IMG/VR virus record: IMGVR_UViG_3300042914_002376
Coordinates: 1-34,088 of that record
Source: a virus
Lineage: Duplodnaviria; Caudoviricetes
Length of the DNA: 34,088 nt
Strand: one strand, 5' to 3'
This document shows, piece by piece, positions 8,819-17,729 of this stretch. Each line of letters opens with the position of its first letter. Position 1 is the stretch's first letter. A model generated the notes under the pieces. That model worked only from the letters and a program-made list of their open reading frames with translations. It searched no databases and was not told the origin of the DNA. The translations under genes were made by a program, and so were the position numbers.

Positions 8819-9901
8819 ATGTACGACGAGCTGGAACTCGACCTTCGCAGTGGCACGACATCGGCCGACATCGACCACCTCGCTCGCAAGGCGATGATGC
8901 GGGGGCAGCACGCGCTGACGCACGCGGAGATGCGCGCGCTCGGCGAAGCCACCGGAAAGGGCGTCACCGAGAACGGCTTCTACCTCGCGCCGAGCACGTT
9001 CGCGAAGGAATGCGTCTACAAGATCCGGGCACTCAACCCGATCCGAAGGCACGGCGCACGCGTGTTCCGGAACGTCGGCTACAGTCTCAGCGTTCCGGTG
9101 GTGTACGACGACATCACCGCGCTGTACACGGTGCGCGACACGAACAACGACGTGCCGATGACGGAATACACGACGACTCCGACCTTCTCGCGACCGATAG
9201 ATGGCACCGAGGTTGGAGAGGGAGTGCTGCTGTATCCGAGGCAGCAATACGTCTACTTCCGCGCCAGCCTCGAGCTGCTGCAAGACACGAGCGAAGACAA
9301 TGGGCCAGCACTCGAGCGACTGCTCGCAGACATGGCCGCGCAGGCGTTCGTGCAATCCGAGGTCGAGCAGATCATCCGCGGCAGCGGCGACAACGACGAC
9401 CCGATGAACGCGAAGCGCCTTGGTCTGTCGCTGCAGCTGACGAACTCCGCACGCTTGAGTTCAGCAGTCGGAACGGCCGCCAGCGCATTCACCGCGGCAG
9501 AACTCGCGCAGATCATCGAACGCCTTAGCAGCGGCCGCTACGCGCGAGCGATCCACTGGTGGCATCCTCGCATGCTCGGCATCCTCGCTTCGAGCTTCGA
9601 CGCCATGTTCTTCGGAACGAACTTTGCGAAGGCAAAGGACGACACGATGATGATGCTCGCGGGCCGACCGCTGTTCATCGAGCCGACGATCCTTGCGACC
9701 GGCGCCGACTTCATCGCCGGAGCGAAAGCCGGATACGTCATTGATCCGACGGCGTACGTATTCGCCGAAAGCGGCCCGCCGGTCGCGCTGCGACGCCTCG
9801 ACGAACTCGGCGCGGCAAACGGACAGGTCCTGTTCCAGGCATGCCGCCGAATCGACTTTGCCCTCGCCGACGTGGATGCGGCGTTGGCGATCGTTCTCTG
9901 A
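8819..9901 (+). CDS. Divergent HK97-fold capsid-like protein (minor capsid paralogue)
   Basis: E.RAL..G...GFYLAP..F...I.ALNPIR, L.GRP, RRLDEL.A.NGQV.F.A..R.D; aligns by eye with 9943..11229. Confidence 0.75.
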   Translation: MYDELELDLRSGTTSADIDHLARKAMMRGQHALTHAEMRALGEATGKGVTENGFYLAPSTFAKECVYKIRALNPIRRHGARVFRNVGYSLSVPVVYDDITALYTVRDTNNDVPMTEYTTTPTFSRPIDGTEVGEGVLLYPRQQYVYFRASLELLQDTSEDNGPALERLLADMAAQAFVQSEVEQIIRGSGDNDDPMNAKRLGLSLQLTNSARLSSAVGTAASAFTAAELAQIIERLSSGRYARAIHWWHPRMLGILASSFDAMFFGTNFAKAKDDTMMMLAGRPLFIEPTILATGADFIAGAKAGYVIDPTAYVFAESGPPVALRRLDELGAANGQVLFQACRRIDFALADVDAALAIVL

Positions 9902-9913
9902 ATCCACCCAACA

Positions 9914-9942
9914 CCGCACCAACACCCAACAAGGAAACCAAG
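9914..9942 (+). promoter_or_regulatory. A/C-rich leader plus Shine-Dalgarno of the major capsid gene
   Basis: CCGCACCAACACCCA (9914-9928) identical to 13976-13990; followed by AAGGA. Confidence 0.6.
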
Positions 9943-11229
9943 ATGGACGACACCGCACCCGCTGCCGCTCCCGCCCCCGAGGGCGGCGACCAGTACCGCG
10001 CCCTGATCGAGGAGATGGGCAAGCTCTACGAGCGCATGCGCGCCCTCGTCGAGAAGGCGAACCGCCAGGGCGAGATGAGCTCCGACGAAGAGGAAGAGCT
10101 CGCTCGCATGCAGAAGAAGTACGACTCGCTGCGCAGCCTCAAGGAGCGCAACGTGAGCCTCATGCGCCTCGCCGCCGAGCACCGCGACGCCGCCCCGGCG
10201 CCGACCGTGAACGCGGCCGTCGCCCGGCAGTCGAGCAAGGCGACGCACTTCGCGCAGACGACCGAGTACCGCGACGCGTTCAACGCGTACCTCAAGGGTC
10301 CGCGCTTCGTCGGCGACATGGAGCGCCGCGCGCTCAGCGAAGGCACCGACGCCGACGGCGGCTACCTGCCCTCGCAGGACTTCTACTCGACCCTCGTGAA
10401 GGTGCTCGAGCAGCAGGTGATCTACCGCCGCATCGCGAACGTGATGAGCCTCGGCGCGTTCAAGACGAACATCGCGCTCGAGAGCACCATCGCGAGCGCG
10501 TCGTGGGGCGCTGAAGCCGCCGCGATCAGCGAGACGACGCCGCAGTTCGGCCAGCTCGTGCTGCAGCCGCGCCGCCTCAGCGCGATCGTGAAGTCGAGCG
10601 TCGAACTCATCGAAGACGCCCCGGCCCGCGGGCCCGGCTTCTCGGTGGAGTCGATCGTCGCCGACCAGCTCGGCCGCGCGTTCGCGCTCGCCGAGGAGAG
10701 CGCCTTCTCGGTCGGCGTCGCCGGGTCCTACCAGCCCGTCGGCATCTTCACCTACACGAGCTCGGGCATCAGCGACGGCAAGACCTGCGCCTCGACGAGC
10801 GCCATCACGGCGAACGAGCTGCTCGACTTCGTCTACTCGCTGCCGCGCCAGTACCGCGAGCAGAAGTCGACGTGCATCGTCACGAGCGACGCGGTGCTCG
10901 CGCTCATCCGCAAGCTCGCGAGCCCCGGCTCGAACACCTTCCTCTCGTACCTCTGGCAGCCGTCGTTCCAGCAGGGCGAGCCGGACCGCCTGTCGGGCAT
11001 CCCGATCTACGCAACCCAGTACGCGCCGTCCATCGCGGCCGGCGCGCGCGTGGCCGTGATCGGCGACTTCTCGCGCTACCACATTGGCGTGCGCTCCGGC
11101 ATGAGCGTCAAGGTGCTGCGCGAGCTGTACGCGGGCAACGGGCAGATCGGGTTCCAGGCGATCGCTCGCCTCGACGCCGGATGCTCGATCTACAACGCGT
11201 TCCGCTACCTCCGCATGGCGACGAGCTGA
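9943..11229 (+). CDS. Major capsid protein (HK97 fold) with N-terminal coiled-coil delta domain
   Basis: RALSEGTDADGGYLP, S.ELIED, YLWQPS, L.G.PI, IGDFS.Y, VLRELYA.NGQIGF...R.D; strong G/C-ending codon bias. Confidence 0.95.
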   Translation: MDDTAPAAAPAPEGGDQYRALIEEMGKLYERMRALVEKANRQGEMSSDEEEELARMQKKYDSLRSLKERNVSLMRLAAEHRDAAPAPTVNAAVARQSSKATHFAQTTEYRDAFNAYLKGPRFVGDMERRALSEGTDADGGYLPSQDFYSTLVKVLEQQVIYRRIANVMSLGAFKTNIALESTIASASWGAEAAAISETTPQFGQLVLQPRRLSAIVKSSVELIEDAPARGPGFSVESIVADQLGRAFALAEESAFSVGVAGSYQPVGIFTYTSSGISDGKTCASTSAITANELLDFVYSLPRQYREQKSTCIVTSDAVLALIRKLASPGSNTFLSYLWQPSFQQGEPDRLSGIPIYATQYAPSIAAGARVAVIGDFSRYHIGVRSGMSVKVLRELYAGNGQIGFQAIARLDAGCSIYNAFRYLRMATS

Positions 11230-11248
11230 TACTCGCCTTCTTCTGCGC

Positions 11249-11282
11249 GCAGGGGCGAGGTCGTTCGCGGCCTCGCCCCTGC
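11249..11282 (+). terminator. Strong stem-loop after the capsid gene (terminator or mRNA-stabilising hairpin)
   Basis: GCAGGGGCGAGGTCG-TTCG-CGGCCTCGCCCCTGC, 15-bp stem with one G-U pair; no U-tract. Confidence 0.55.
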
Positions 11283-11302
11283 CCCCTTCGGAAAGGATCA
11301 CC

Positions 11303-11497
11303 ATGAAGGTCCGGATGATTGAATGCCTCGCCGGAATCGACCAGACGCTGAACGCGGGCGACATCGTGGAACTCGCTGATGCGGTCGCCGAGCGATACGT
11401 CGCCGCCGGAATCGCCGAGGCGATCGTCGAGCCAAGCGACGAGCCGAAGCGCGAGACAACCTCGAAGCGCGCTGCCAGTCGCACGACCAAGGAGTGA
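11303..11497 (+). CDS. Small head-region protein
   Basis: AAGGA Shine-Dalgarno; MKVRMI...AGDIVEL...AE.YVAAG.AE pattern common after capsid genes. Confidence 0.75.
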   Translation: MKVRMIECLAGIDQTLNAGDIVELADAVAERYVAAGIAEAIVEPSDEPKRETTSKRAASRTTKE

Positions 11498-12117
11498 CGA
11501 TGCCGACGATCCTCGACGGCGCGACGTACCTCTCGCACGCGGCAACGTCGGCACCGGCGACGGAGCCCGTCACCGTCGCCGAGGCGAAGGCGCACTCCAA
11601 CATCGACCACACGATCGACGACGCGCTCATCGCGGCGCAGTTGATCGCGGCGCGTGAATACGTCGAGGCGCTCATCAAGGCGCCGCTGATGCAGCGCACG
11701 TTCCGCCTCCGGCTCGACCAGTTCCCGATCGGGAACGCGGTGATGCTGCCCGCCTACCCCGTTCAAAGCGTGACCTCGGTGCAGTACGTCGATTCGGCAG
11801 GGGCGACGCAGACGCTCGCGAGCGCCGCCTATGCGCTCGACACCGACGCCGCGACCGCACGGATCACGCTGAACCGCGGCTACAACTGGCCGGGGGTCGG
11901 CGTCGAGTACGGAGTCTGGGGCGCGCAAGTGACCTACGTCGCGGGCTACGCGCTCGCCGCCGACGTTCCGCAGACGCTGAAGCAGGCGATACTGTTGGTG
12001 TTCGGACACTGGTACGACAACGCGCGCGAAACGGCGCTCGCCGAGAATCTTCGGGAAGCGCCGCACGCCGTAGACGCCCTCTGCAAGACCTTCGTGCGGA
12101 CGAGGTGGTTCGCGTGA
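11494..12117 (+). CDS. Head-tail connector (HK97 gp6-like)
   Basis: EPVTVAEAKAH..ID...DDALI...I.AAREYVE; VP..LKQAILL..GHWYDN.RE. Confidence 0.9.
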   Translation: MTMPTILDGATYLSHAATSAPATEPVTVAEAKAHSNIDHTIDDALIAAQLIAAREYVEALIKAPLMQRTFRLRLDQFPIGNAVMLPAYPVQSVTSVQYVDSAGATQTLASAAYALDTDAATARITLNRGYNWPGVGVEYGVWGAQVTYVAGYALAADVPQTLKQAILLVFGHWYDNARETALAENLREAPHAVDALCKTFVRTRWFA

Positions 12118-12461
12118 GCCTGAAGGCCGCGAGCATGCGCTTCGCGCTGACGGTGCAGAACCCGTCGGCCGGGGTCGACGCAACCGGACAACCATCGCGC
12201 GAATGGACCGATGGCTCGACCGTGCGAGCCGCCATCGAAACGATGCAAGGTACCGAAGGCCCGTACGCGGGCGGGCAGCAAGCCGCCTGCTCGCACAAGA
12301 TCACCGTGCGAGCATGGGCGCACGGCATCACGACCGGCTCGCGATTGAAGTTTGACCGCGGCAACGGCGCGGCGATTCGATACTTCGAGGTCGTGTCGAT
12401 CACCGATCCGACCGAGATCAAGCACTATCAGCTCGTGCTTGCGAAGGAGGTCGTCGCATGA
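12114..12461 (+). CDS. Head closure / head-tail adaptor (SPP1 gp16-like)
   Basis: A..MR..LTVQ.P....DATGQP...W, HKITVR, YFEVVSI.DP; position; start uncertain. Confidence 0.8.
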   Translation: MSLKAASMRFALTVQNPSAGVDATGQPSREWTDGSTVRAAIETMQGTEGPYAGGQQAACSHKITVRAWAHGITTGSRLKFDRGNGAAIRYFEVVSITDPTEIKHYQLVLAKEVVA

Positions 12462-13093
12462 ATCGCTTCGCAGCGGCAACCCGGCAGACATACGCAAAGG
12501 GGTTGAAGCTCAACCTCGACGCCGTGCGCGTGCAGCTGCAAGGCGTCGAGGGAATCGACGACACCATCGCCGCGCTCGCGGCGCTGCCCGGCCGAGCGCA
12601 GACGAATCTGTACCGACGCGCCATCAGACCCGGCCTGATGGCCGTCGCCAAAGAAGCGCGCGCCTTGGTCCACAACATCCCGATCCGCAGCGGCATGGAG
12701 TCGCGCGAAAGCAAGCGAGACGAGGATGGGTCCCTGCGCGACGAAGTCGCTCGCGCGATCAAGGTACGCGTCGGAATCAAGCCGAAGAAAGGCGTGTACG
12801 GCAACGTCGCCGTGCGCTACCCGAAGCGCGGCAAGAACGTGAACAAGATTCCGCCAGGACGCAAGGCGCAGCTCGCGCACCTCATCGAGTTCGGGTGGAC
12901 GCTGAAGGTCGCGTATCGCGGCAAGCCACGCGCGCAGCCTGTCGAGATCGAAGGGACGGAGTTCATGACGAGCGCCTTTGAACGCGTCGCGCCACGGGCC
13001 CGGCGGCTCGTGCAGCAGGCGATTGTGGCGCTCGCCCGCGACCCGTCCATCGGCAAGAAGCAGTTCGCGAAGGCGATGGAGGCGGTGCTCTGA
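12458..13093 (+). CDS. HK97 gp10-like neck/tail completion protein
   Basis: G.L...IKVR, AHLIEFG, FM..AFE; position. Confidence 0.75.
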   Translation: MNRFAAATRQTYAKGLKLNLDAVRVQLQGVEGIDDTIAALAALPGRAQTNLYRRAIRPGLMAVAKEARALVHNIPIRSGMESRESKRDEDGSLRDEVARAIKVRVGIKPKKGVYGNVAVRYPKRGKNVNKIPPGRKAQLAHLIEFGWTLKVAYRGKPRAQPVEIEGTEFMTSAFERVAPRARRLVQQAIVALARDPSIGKKQFAKAMEAVL

Positions 13094-13506
13094 TGGCCGT
13101 AATCGAGCAAGCCATCTACTCGCTGCTGAACACGAAAGGCGTGACGAGCCTAGTCCCGCTCGCGTCGATCACGCCGGACGTTCGCAAGAAGGACGGAACG
13201 CTCCCGGCCATCGTCTATCGCATCGGCTACGGCGAACCGATCAAGACGCTCGCCGGGCCGCATGCCTCGTTGACGCGCACCGACGTAACGATCACCGCCT
13301 ACGCAACGACGCGCCTCGCGTGCCGGAACATCCTCAACGCCTGCGGGGTTGTATTCGACGGGTACAGCGGGGAAACTGGCGGCGTCGTGATTCGCGGCCT
13401 CACGCTCGACTCGTTCGAGACCGCCTACTTCGAGCCCATCGCGGGCGAGAATCAAGGCGTGTACGCGGCCGCGCTGACGATCCGCGTGATGCACGAGACG
13501 CTCTGA
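13093..13506 (+). CDS. Tail terminator / completion protein
   Basis: IEQAIYSLL, LPAIVYRI, V.I.AYA; position before the tail tube genes. Confidence 0.75.
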   Translation: MAVIEQAIYSLLNTKGVTSLVPLASITPDVRKKDGTLPAIVYRIGYGEPIKTLAGPHASLTRTDVTITAYATTRLACRNILNACGVVFDGYSGETGGVVIRGLTLDSFETAYFEPIAGENQGVYAAALTIRVMHETL

Positions 13507-13964
13507 TGCCGCTCCTATCGCAAACCACCTACGTCAAGTTCGGCGCGTTCTTCGATGAGACGTCGGCGTTTTCAACGACCGTCGCGCAGGTGTTGTCGTG
13601 GAAGTTCGTTCCGACCGGGGCGTACAACGAAATCGTCGCCCCGGACCTCACGACGACGACGCGATCCGCGAGACAAGGCACGATCGACCTCGGCACGCTC
13701 GAGCTCGAAATCAACATCGACGCGAACGTGAAGCAATCGACCGCGCAGCTGTTCGCGACCTATCAAGGGCAACGCCTGAACTACGCCGTCGCCGTCACGA
13801 TTCCGGACAACCCGCCGGCCGACCGCTATCAGCAGTTTTCGTTCGAGGGGATCATGCGCGATACCTCGCGAAACGCGGCCGTCGATGCGCAGTTGACGCA
13901 GACGATCGCAATCCGCCTGCAAACGAACGTTTCGCTCAAGTACCTCTCGACCCTCATCATGTAG
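13506..13964 (+). CDS. Tail-tube-like protein (divergent paralogue of 14005..14403)
   Basis: TGATG-coupled; EI...LT.T.....GTIDLGTLELEIN.D and SF.....AAVDAQLT....R match the next gene. Confidence 0.75.
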   Translation: MPLLSQTTYVKFGAFFDETSAFSTTVAQVLSWKFVPTGAYNEIVAPDLTTTTRSARQGTIDLGTLELEINIDANVKQSTAQLFATYQGQRLNYAVAVTIPDNPPADRYQQFSFEGIMRDTSRNAAVDAQLTQTIAIRLQTNVSLKYLSTLIM

Positions 13965-14004
13965 GGCACTTCCATCCGCACCAACACCCACAAGGGATAT
14001 CACA

Positions 14005-14403
14005 ATGGCAGCCAACAGCAGCTACAACACCATCATCAAGAAGGGCGCCTCGACGCTCGGCGACATCACCTCGATCAGCCTGTCCGGCATCACGCGCACG
14101 GAAATCGACGTGACGGCGCTCACGGACACGGCGAAGACGTACCTCATGGGTACCGTTGACTCCGGCACCGTCGAGGTGAGCTTCAACTACGACGACACGC
14201 TCGACGACTATGTACCGGCGACGGGTTCATCGACTTCCTCCGCGTGGTCGATCGTGTACCAGGTCGGCGGAGGCAAGACGCAGACCGTGTCGTTCAACGC
14301 GTTCGAGCAGTCGTTCAGCATCGAAGCCGGAGTCGACGCGGCGCTCACGGGCAACCTGACGCTCCGCATCGACGGCGTCGTGACGTTCGGCGCGCCCGCG
14401 TAA
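14005..14403 (+). CDS. Major tail tube protein (lambda gpV-like)
   Basis: ITSIS.SGITR.EIDVT.L.D....YLMG..DSG.V.V.FNYD; A/C-rich leader with AAGGG. Confidence 0.85.
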   Translation: MAANSSYNTIIKKGASTLGDITSISLSGITRTEIDVTALTDTAKTYLMGTVDSGTVEVSFNYDDTLDDYVPATGSSTSSAWSIVYQVGGGKTQTVSFNAFEQSFSIEAGVDAALTGNLTLRIDGVVTFGAPA

Positions 14404-14407
14404 GCGG

Positions 14408-14436
14408 TTGCGAGACGGCGTCGCAAGGCTTACGAT
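14408..14436 (+). promoter_or_regulatory. Putative sigma70-like promoter with internal palindrome, leaderless 14443 transcript
   Basis: TTGCGA-N17-TACGAT; TTGCGA-N7-TCGCAA inverted repeat; ATG 6 nt after the -10 box. Confidence 0.45.
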
Positions 14437-14442
14437 GGGGAC

Positions 14443-14820
14443 ATGAATACCCCGACTGCATCGCATGCTTCCAAAGACGCCATCCTCGCATTGGCACGCA
14501 GCACGAAGATCGAGCGCGTCGAGATCGACGGTCTCGATGCGCCGATCTTCGTGCGCGGCCTGTCCGCGCGCGAACGCGACGCGTTCGAGGCGTCGTGCAT
14601 GGCGGGCAAGGGCAAGGCACGCGGCCTCAACATGGACAACGTGCGAGCGCGCCTGCTCGTGCGTTCGATCTGCGACGCCAACGGCGAGCGCGTGTTCGCC
14701 GATCATGAAGCCGACGCTCTCGGCGCCGTTCCTGCCGCCGTCATCGACCGCCTGTTCACGATCGCGCAGCAGCTTTCGGGCCTCAGCCCGACCGACGTGG
14801 ACGACCTCGCGGGAAACTGA
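14443..14820 (+). CDS. Tail assembly chaperone (gpG-like)
   Basis: SKDAILA, VRGLSARERDAFE, RARLLVRSICD.NGERVF; ends in slippery G GGA AAC TGA. Confidence 0.9.
   Translation: MNTPTASHASKDAILALARSTKIERVEIDGLDAPIFVRGLSARERDAFEASCMAGKGKARGLNMDNVRARLLVRSICDANGERVFADHEADALGAVPAAVIDRLFTIAQQLSGLSPTDVDDLAGN
14811..14817 (+). other. Programmed -1 ribosomal frameshift site GGGAAAC
   Basis: X XXY YYZ heptamer; the -1 frame reads GKLKARPGRRFIFRLAAQLGMTVE, in frame with 14871..15143. Confidence 0.88.
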
Positions 14821-15143
14821 AAGCGCGCCCGGGGCGGAGGTTCATCTTCCGCCTCGCGGCGCAGCTCGGCATGACGGTCGAGGACATGCTCGCGCGCATG
14901 AGCTCCGAGGAACTCTCGGAGTGGATGGCGTTCGATCGCCTCGAACCGATTGGATGGGCGCGCGTCGATCTGGTCGGTGGCCTTCTCTGTTCGCTCATCG
15001 CAAACCAGCACCGCAAGCGTGGGTCGAAGGCCTTCAAGCCGGGCGACTTCATGCCGTTCCTCGAGCGCGACACGCTCGACATCAGCGACCCGGATGCGCT
15101 GGCGACGGCGTTCGGGCCGCTGCTGAAGAAGGCGCCGCGTTGA
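14811..15143 (+). CDS. gpT-like frameshift extension of the tail assembly chaperone
   Basis: RLA..LGMTV..ML.RMSS.EL.EWMAF..LEP.G; DFMP. Confidence 0.85.
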   Translation, partial: GKLKARPGRRFIFRLAAQLGMTVEDMLARMSSEELSEWMAFDRLEPIGWARVDLVGGLLCSLIANQHRKRGSKAFKPGDFMPFLERDTLDISDPDALATAFGPLLKKAPR

Positions 15144-15159
15144 TGGAAACCGTTACCAC
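15144..15159. repeat. Dispersed palindrome site 3, TGGAAACCGTTACCAC
   Basis: Same consensus; in the gap before tape measure. Confidence 0.75.
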
Positions 15160-15182
15160 CGCTCAGCAGAAAGCCTGTTGAT

Positions 15183-17729
15183 ATGGCAACCATCGGCAAC
15201 CTGTTCGTGAAGATCGGCGCCGATACCAAGCCGATGGAGAAGTCGTTGGCGGAAGCCAAAGGACGCCTCGGACAATGGGCGAACTCCATCGGCGGCATCG
15301 CAATGGGTGCGGGCGGCATGCTTGCGTCCGTGCTGCCGGGCGACCTCGGCGCCGGAGCCGCGCGCATCATGAGTGGCCTGCAAGGCATCGCCAACGTCGC
15401 GCAGAGCGGCAGCAAGATGGTCGGCATGTTCGGCGACGCTGTCGGACTGCTCGCGAATCCGTTCGCCGCGGCGGCGCTCGGCGCGACCGCAGCGGCCGTC
15501 GCGGTCGCGGCCGTTGGTGCGGCGATTGTCATGGCAACGCTGAAGGCGGCCAAGCTCGGCGACCAACTCAAGGAAACGGCCGACGAACTCGGCACGACGG
15601 CGGAAGGATTCCAACGCCTCGAATACATCGGCACCGCGGCCGGCGCGGGACCCGAGAAGATCCGCGCGAGCATCACGAAGATGCAGTTCGCGCTCGCAAG
15701 CGCGGCACAAGGCAGCCAGGAATCCGCGAAGGCGTTCCAGCGCCTTGGCCTCGACATCGGCAAACTCAGCACGCAAGACGCGACGAAGTCCTTCGAGGAA
15801 ATCATCGGCAAGATCCGCGAGCTGCCGACGCACACGGAGAAAGTGAAGGCACTGCGCGACATCTTTGGCAAGGGCGGCGCGGGCCTCGCGGGCATGGTCA
15901 AACTGACCGCCGAGGAAATGGACGCACTCAACAAGGAAGCGGCGGCGTTCTCGATTCGCGAAGGCAGCGTGCAGGCGTTGGCGTCGCTGCAGGATTCGGT
16001 CGATACGCTCGGGCTCGCGTTCGAGCGGCTGCTCGCCGAAGCCGTCGCGCCGTTCGCGCCGTTGCTGCAGAAAGTCACAGACGGCCTGAAGGAACTGCTG
16101 TCGGCCAACGCGGACGACCTGTATCGCACGATGAGCGGCCTTGCGGCGCTTACGACCGTGTTCCTCGACGGATTGCGACCGACGTATGAGGCGTTGATGG
16201 GCATCCTGAACGTGCTGCAGGCGATCAACGGATTCGTATCCGGCGTCATGCTCGACGCGGTCCACAAGGTGCTGCGCACGATCCTCGGCATCGTCGAAGC
16301 GGTCAACCTTATTCCCGGCATCGAGATCCCGACGGCGGGCCTCGAGCGGCTCACGCAGGTGGCCGACAACATGAAGACCGACGCATTCACGCGATCGGCG
16401 CAGGACTTCAACGACGCGGGAGATCGCTTCGCGACCGCGGCGACGACATGGTTGGCGAACGCCAAGGGCGAAGCCGGAGAGTTGACGAAGACGCTGCAGG
16501 ACTTCGAGGCCACGCGCCGTGCCGTTGCCGACTCGCCGGTTGCCGCGTCGGAAGCCGCGCCCGTCGTCGATCCGGCAAGCGTCGCCAAGGCAGAAGAGGT
16601 AGCGAAGATCATCAGCAAACTGCGTGACGACATCGCCGCCGTCGGCGCATATCCGGACGAGTTGATGGAGCAGCAGCTCCGCAAGCTCAACGCGACCGAA
16701 CAACAGATCGGCGAGGCGCTTGAACTGCAGCAGCAACTGACGGACGCGCAGAACAAGGCGGAAGCCGAGCGCCAAGTCGGCAAGACGCTTGAAGACCTCG
16801 CGACCAAGATGGAGCGCCTCGTGCTCGGCGAGGAGATGATGCTCGAAATCGACTTGAAGCGACTCGGGGCGACCGAGGATCAAATCAAGGCGGCACAGGT
16901 CTACGCGAAGACGATCAAGGACACCGAGGCCAACAACAAGATCGCGGCGCAGCTCGACGACATGCGGCGCAAGGTCGATGAGTTTGGCAAGAGTGCGGCG
17001 GAACTGGCGACCGCGCAGCTTGCGTCGCTTGGCGCGACGCAGGCGCAGATCGACGAAGCGGTCCGATTGCAGAACGAACTGGCGGCGATGGAGACCGCGG
17101 CGAACAACGCCGCCGAGGTGGAGCGCATCCTCGCCGACGTTACGCGCGCCGCAGACGACGCCGGGAAATCAGAGATGGAACTGATGCGGCGGCGCCTCGA
17201 AGCACTCAACGCCACCGAGGACCAGATCACGCGCGCGCTTGGGGCGCTTCGCGATACGCAGGTCGGCAACATGCTGCGCGACCTCGAAGACCAAGCGAAG
17301 CGCGCCACGATGAGCGAGCGCGAGCTGCTCGAGGAACGACTGCGCGCGGCCGGGGCAACCGCCGACGAGATCGCCAAGGGCCTTGCGCTCCAGGACAAGA
17401 TCGACGCATCCAAGAAGAAGGACGCGGCGCAGGAAGACAAGGCAGCGGCCGCCGGTCCCGATTCGGTGCAGACCGCGCTCGGCTCCATCAAGCTCCCGGG
17501 CATGATGAGCTCCGTGCGGATCGCCGAGCAGCAGCTCGACGTGCAGAGCACCTCGGCGCGCATGCTCGAGCAGATTGCCGGAGCGACCGTCGCAACGTCC
17601 GGCCTGCTGATGGCGGCCGCCGAGCAGGGCGGCAGTCGCGGCACCGGAACCATGCTTGAAGACCAGACGCTGTCGGTGCTGAAGCAGATCGAAGCCAATA
17701 CGCGAGCCTTCGCAGGAGTGTTGACGTAA
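15183..17729 (+). CDS. Tape measure protein (848 aa)
   Basis: MATIGNLFVKIGADT start, Ala/Gly-rich hydrophobic segment, long helical repeats; follows the chaperone genes. Confidence 0.93.
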   Translation: MATIGNLFVKIGADTKPMEKSLAEAKGRLGQWANSIGGIAMGAGGMLASVLPGDLGAGAARIMSGLQGIANVAQSGSKMVGMFGDAVGLLANPFAAAALGATAAAVAVAAVGAAIVMATLKAAKLGDQLKETADELGTTAEGFQRLEYIGTAAGAGPEKIRASITKMQFALASAAQGSQESAKAFQRLGLDIGKLSTQDATKSFEEIIGKIRELPTHTEKVKALRDIFGKGGAGLAGMVKLTAEEMDALNKEAAAFSIREGSVQALASLQDSVDTLGLAFERLLAEAVAPFAPLLQKVTDGLKELLSANADDLYRTMSGLAALTTVFLDGLRPTYEALMGILNVLQAINGFVSGVMLDAVHKVLRTILGIVEAVNLIPGIEIPTAGLERLTQVADNMKTDAFTRSAQDFNDAGDRFATAATTWLANAKGEAGELTKTLQDFEATRRAVADSPVAASEAAPVVDPASVAKAEEVAKIISKLRDDIAAVGAYPDELMEQQLRKLNATEQQIGEALELQQQLTDAQNKAEAERQVGKTLEDLATKMERLVLGEEMMLEIDLKRLGATEDQIKAAQVYAKTIKDTEANNKIAAQLDDMRRKVDEFGKSAAELATAQLASLGATQAQIDEAVRLQNELAAMETAANNAAEVERILADVTRAADDAGKSEMELMRRRLEALNATEDQITRALGALRDTQVGNMLRDLEDQAKRATMSERELLEERLRAAGATADEIAKGLALQDKIDASKKKDAAQEDKAAAAGPDSVQTALGSIKLPGMMSSVRIAEQQLDVQSTSARMLEQIAGATVATSGLLMAAAEQGGSRGTGTMLEDQTLSVLKQIEANTRAFAGVLT

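Noticed and set aside
15143-15181. Mini-ORF METVTTAQQKAC resembling the HTH N-terminus MEVVTTAE
   Set aside because: Similarity is explained by the shared DNA palindrome found at five sites, not by a gene remnant
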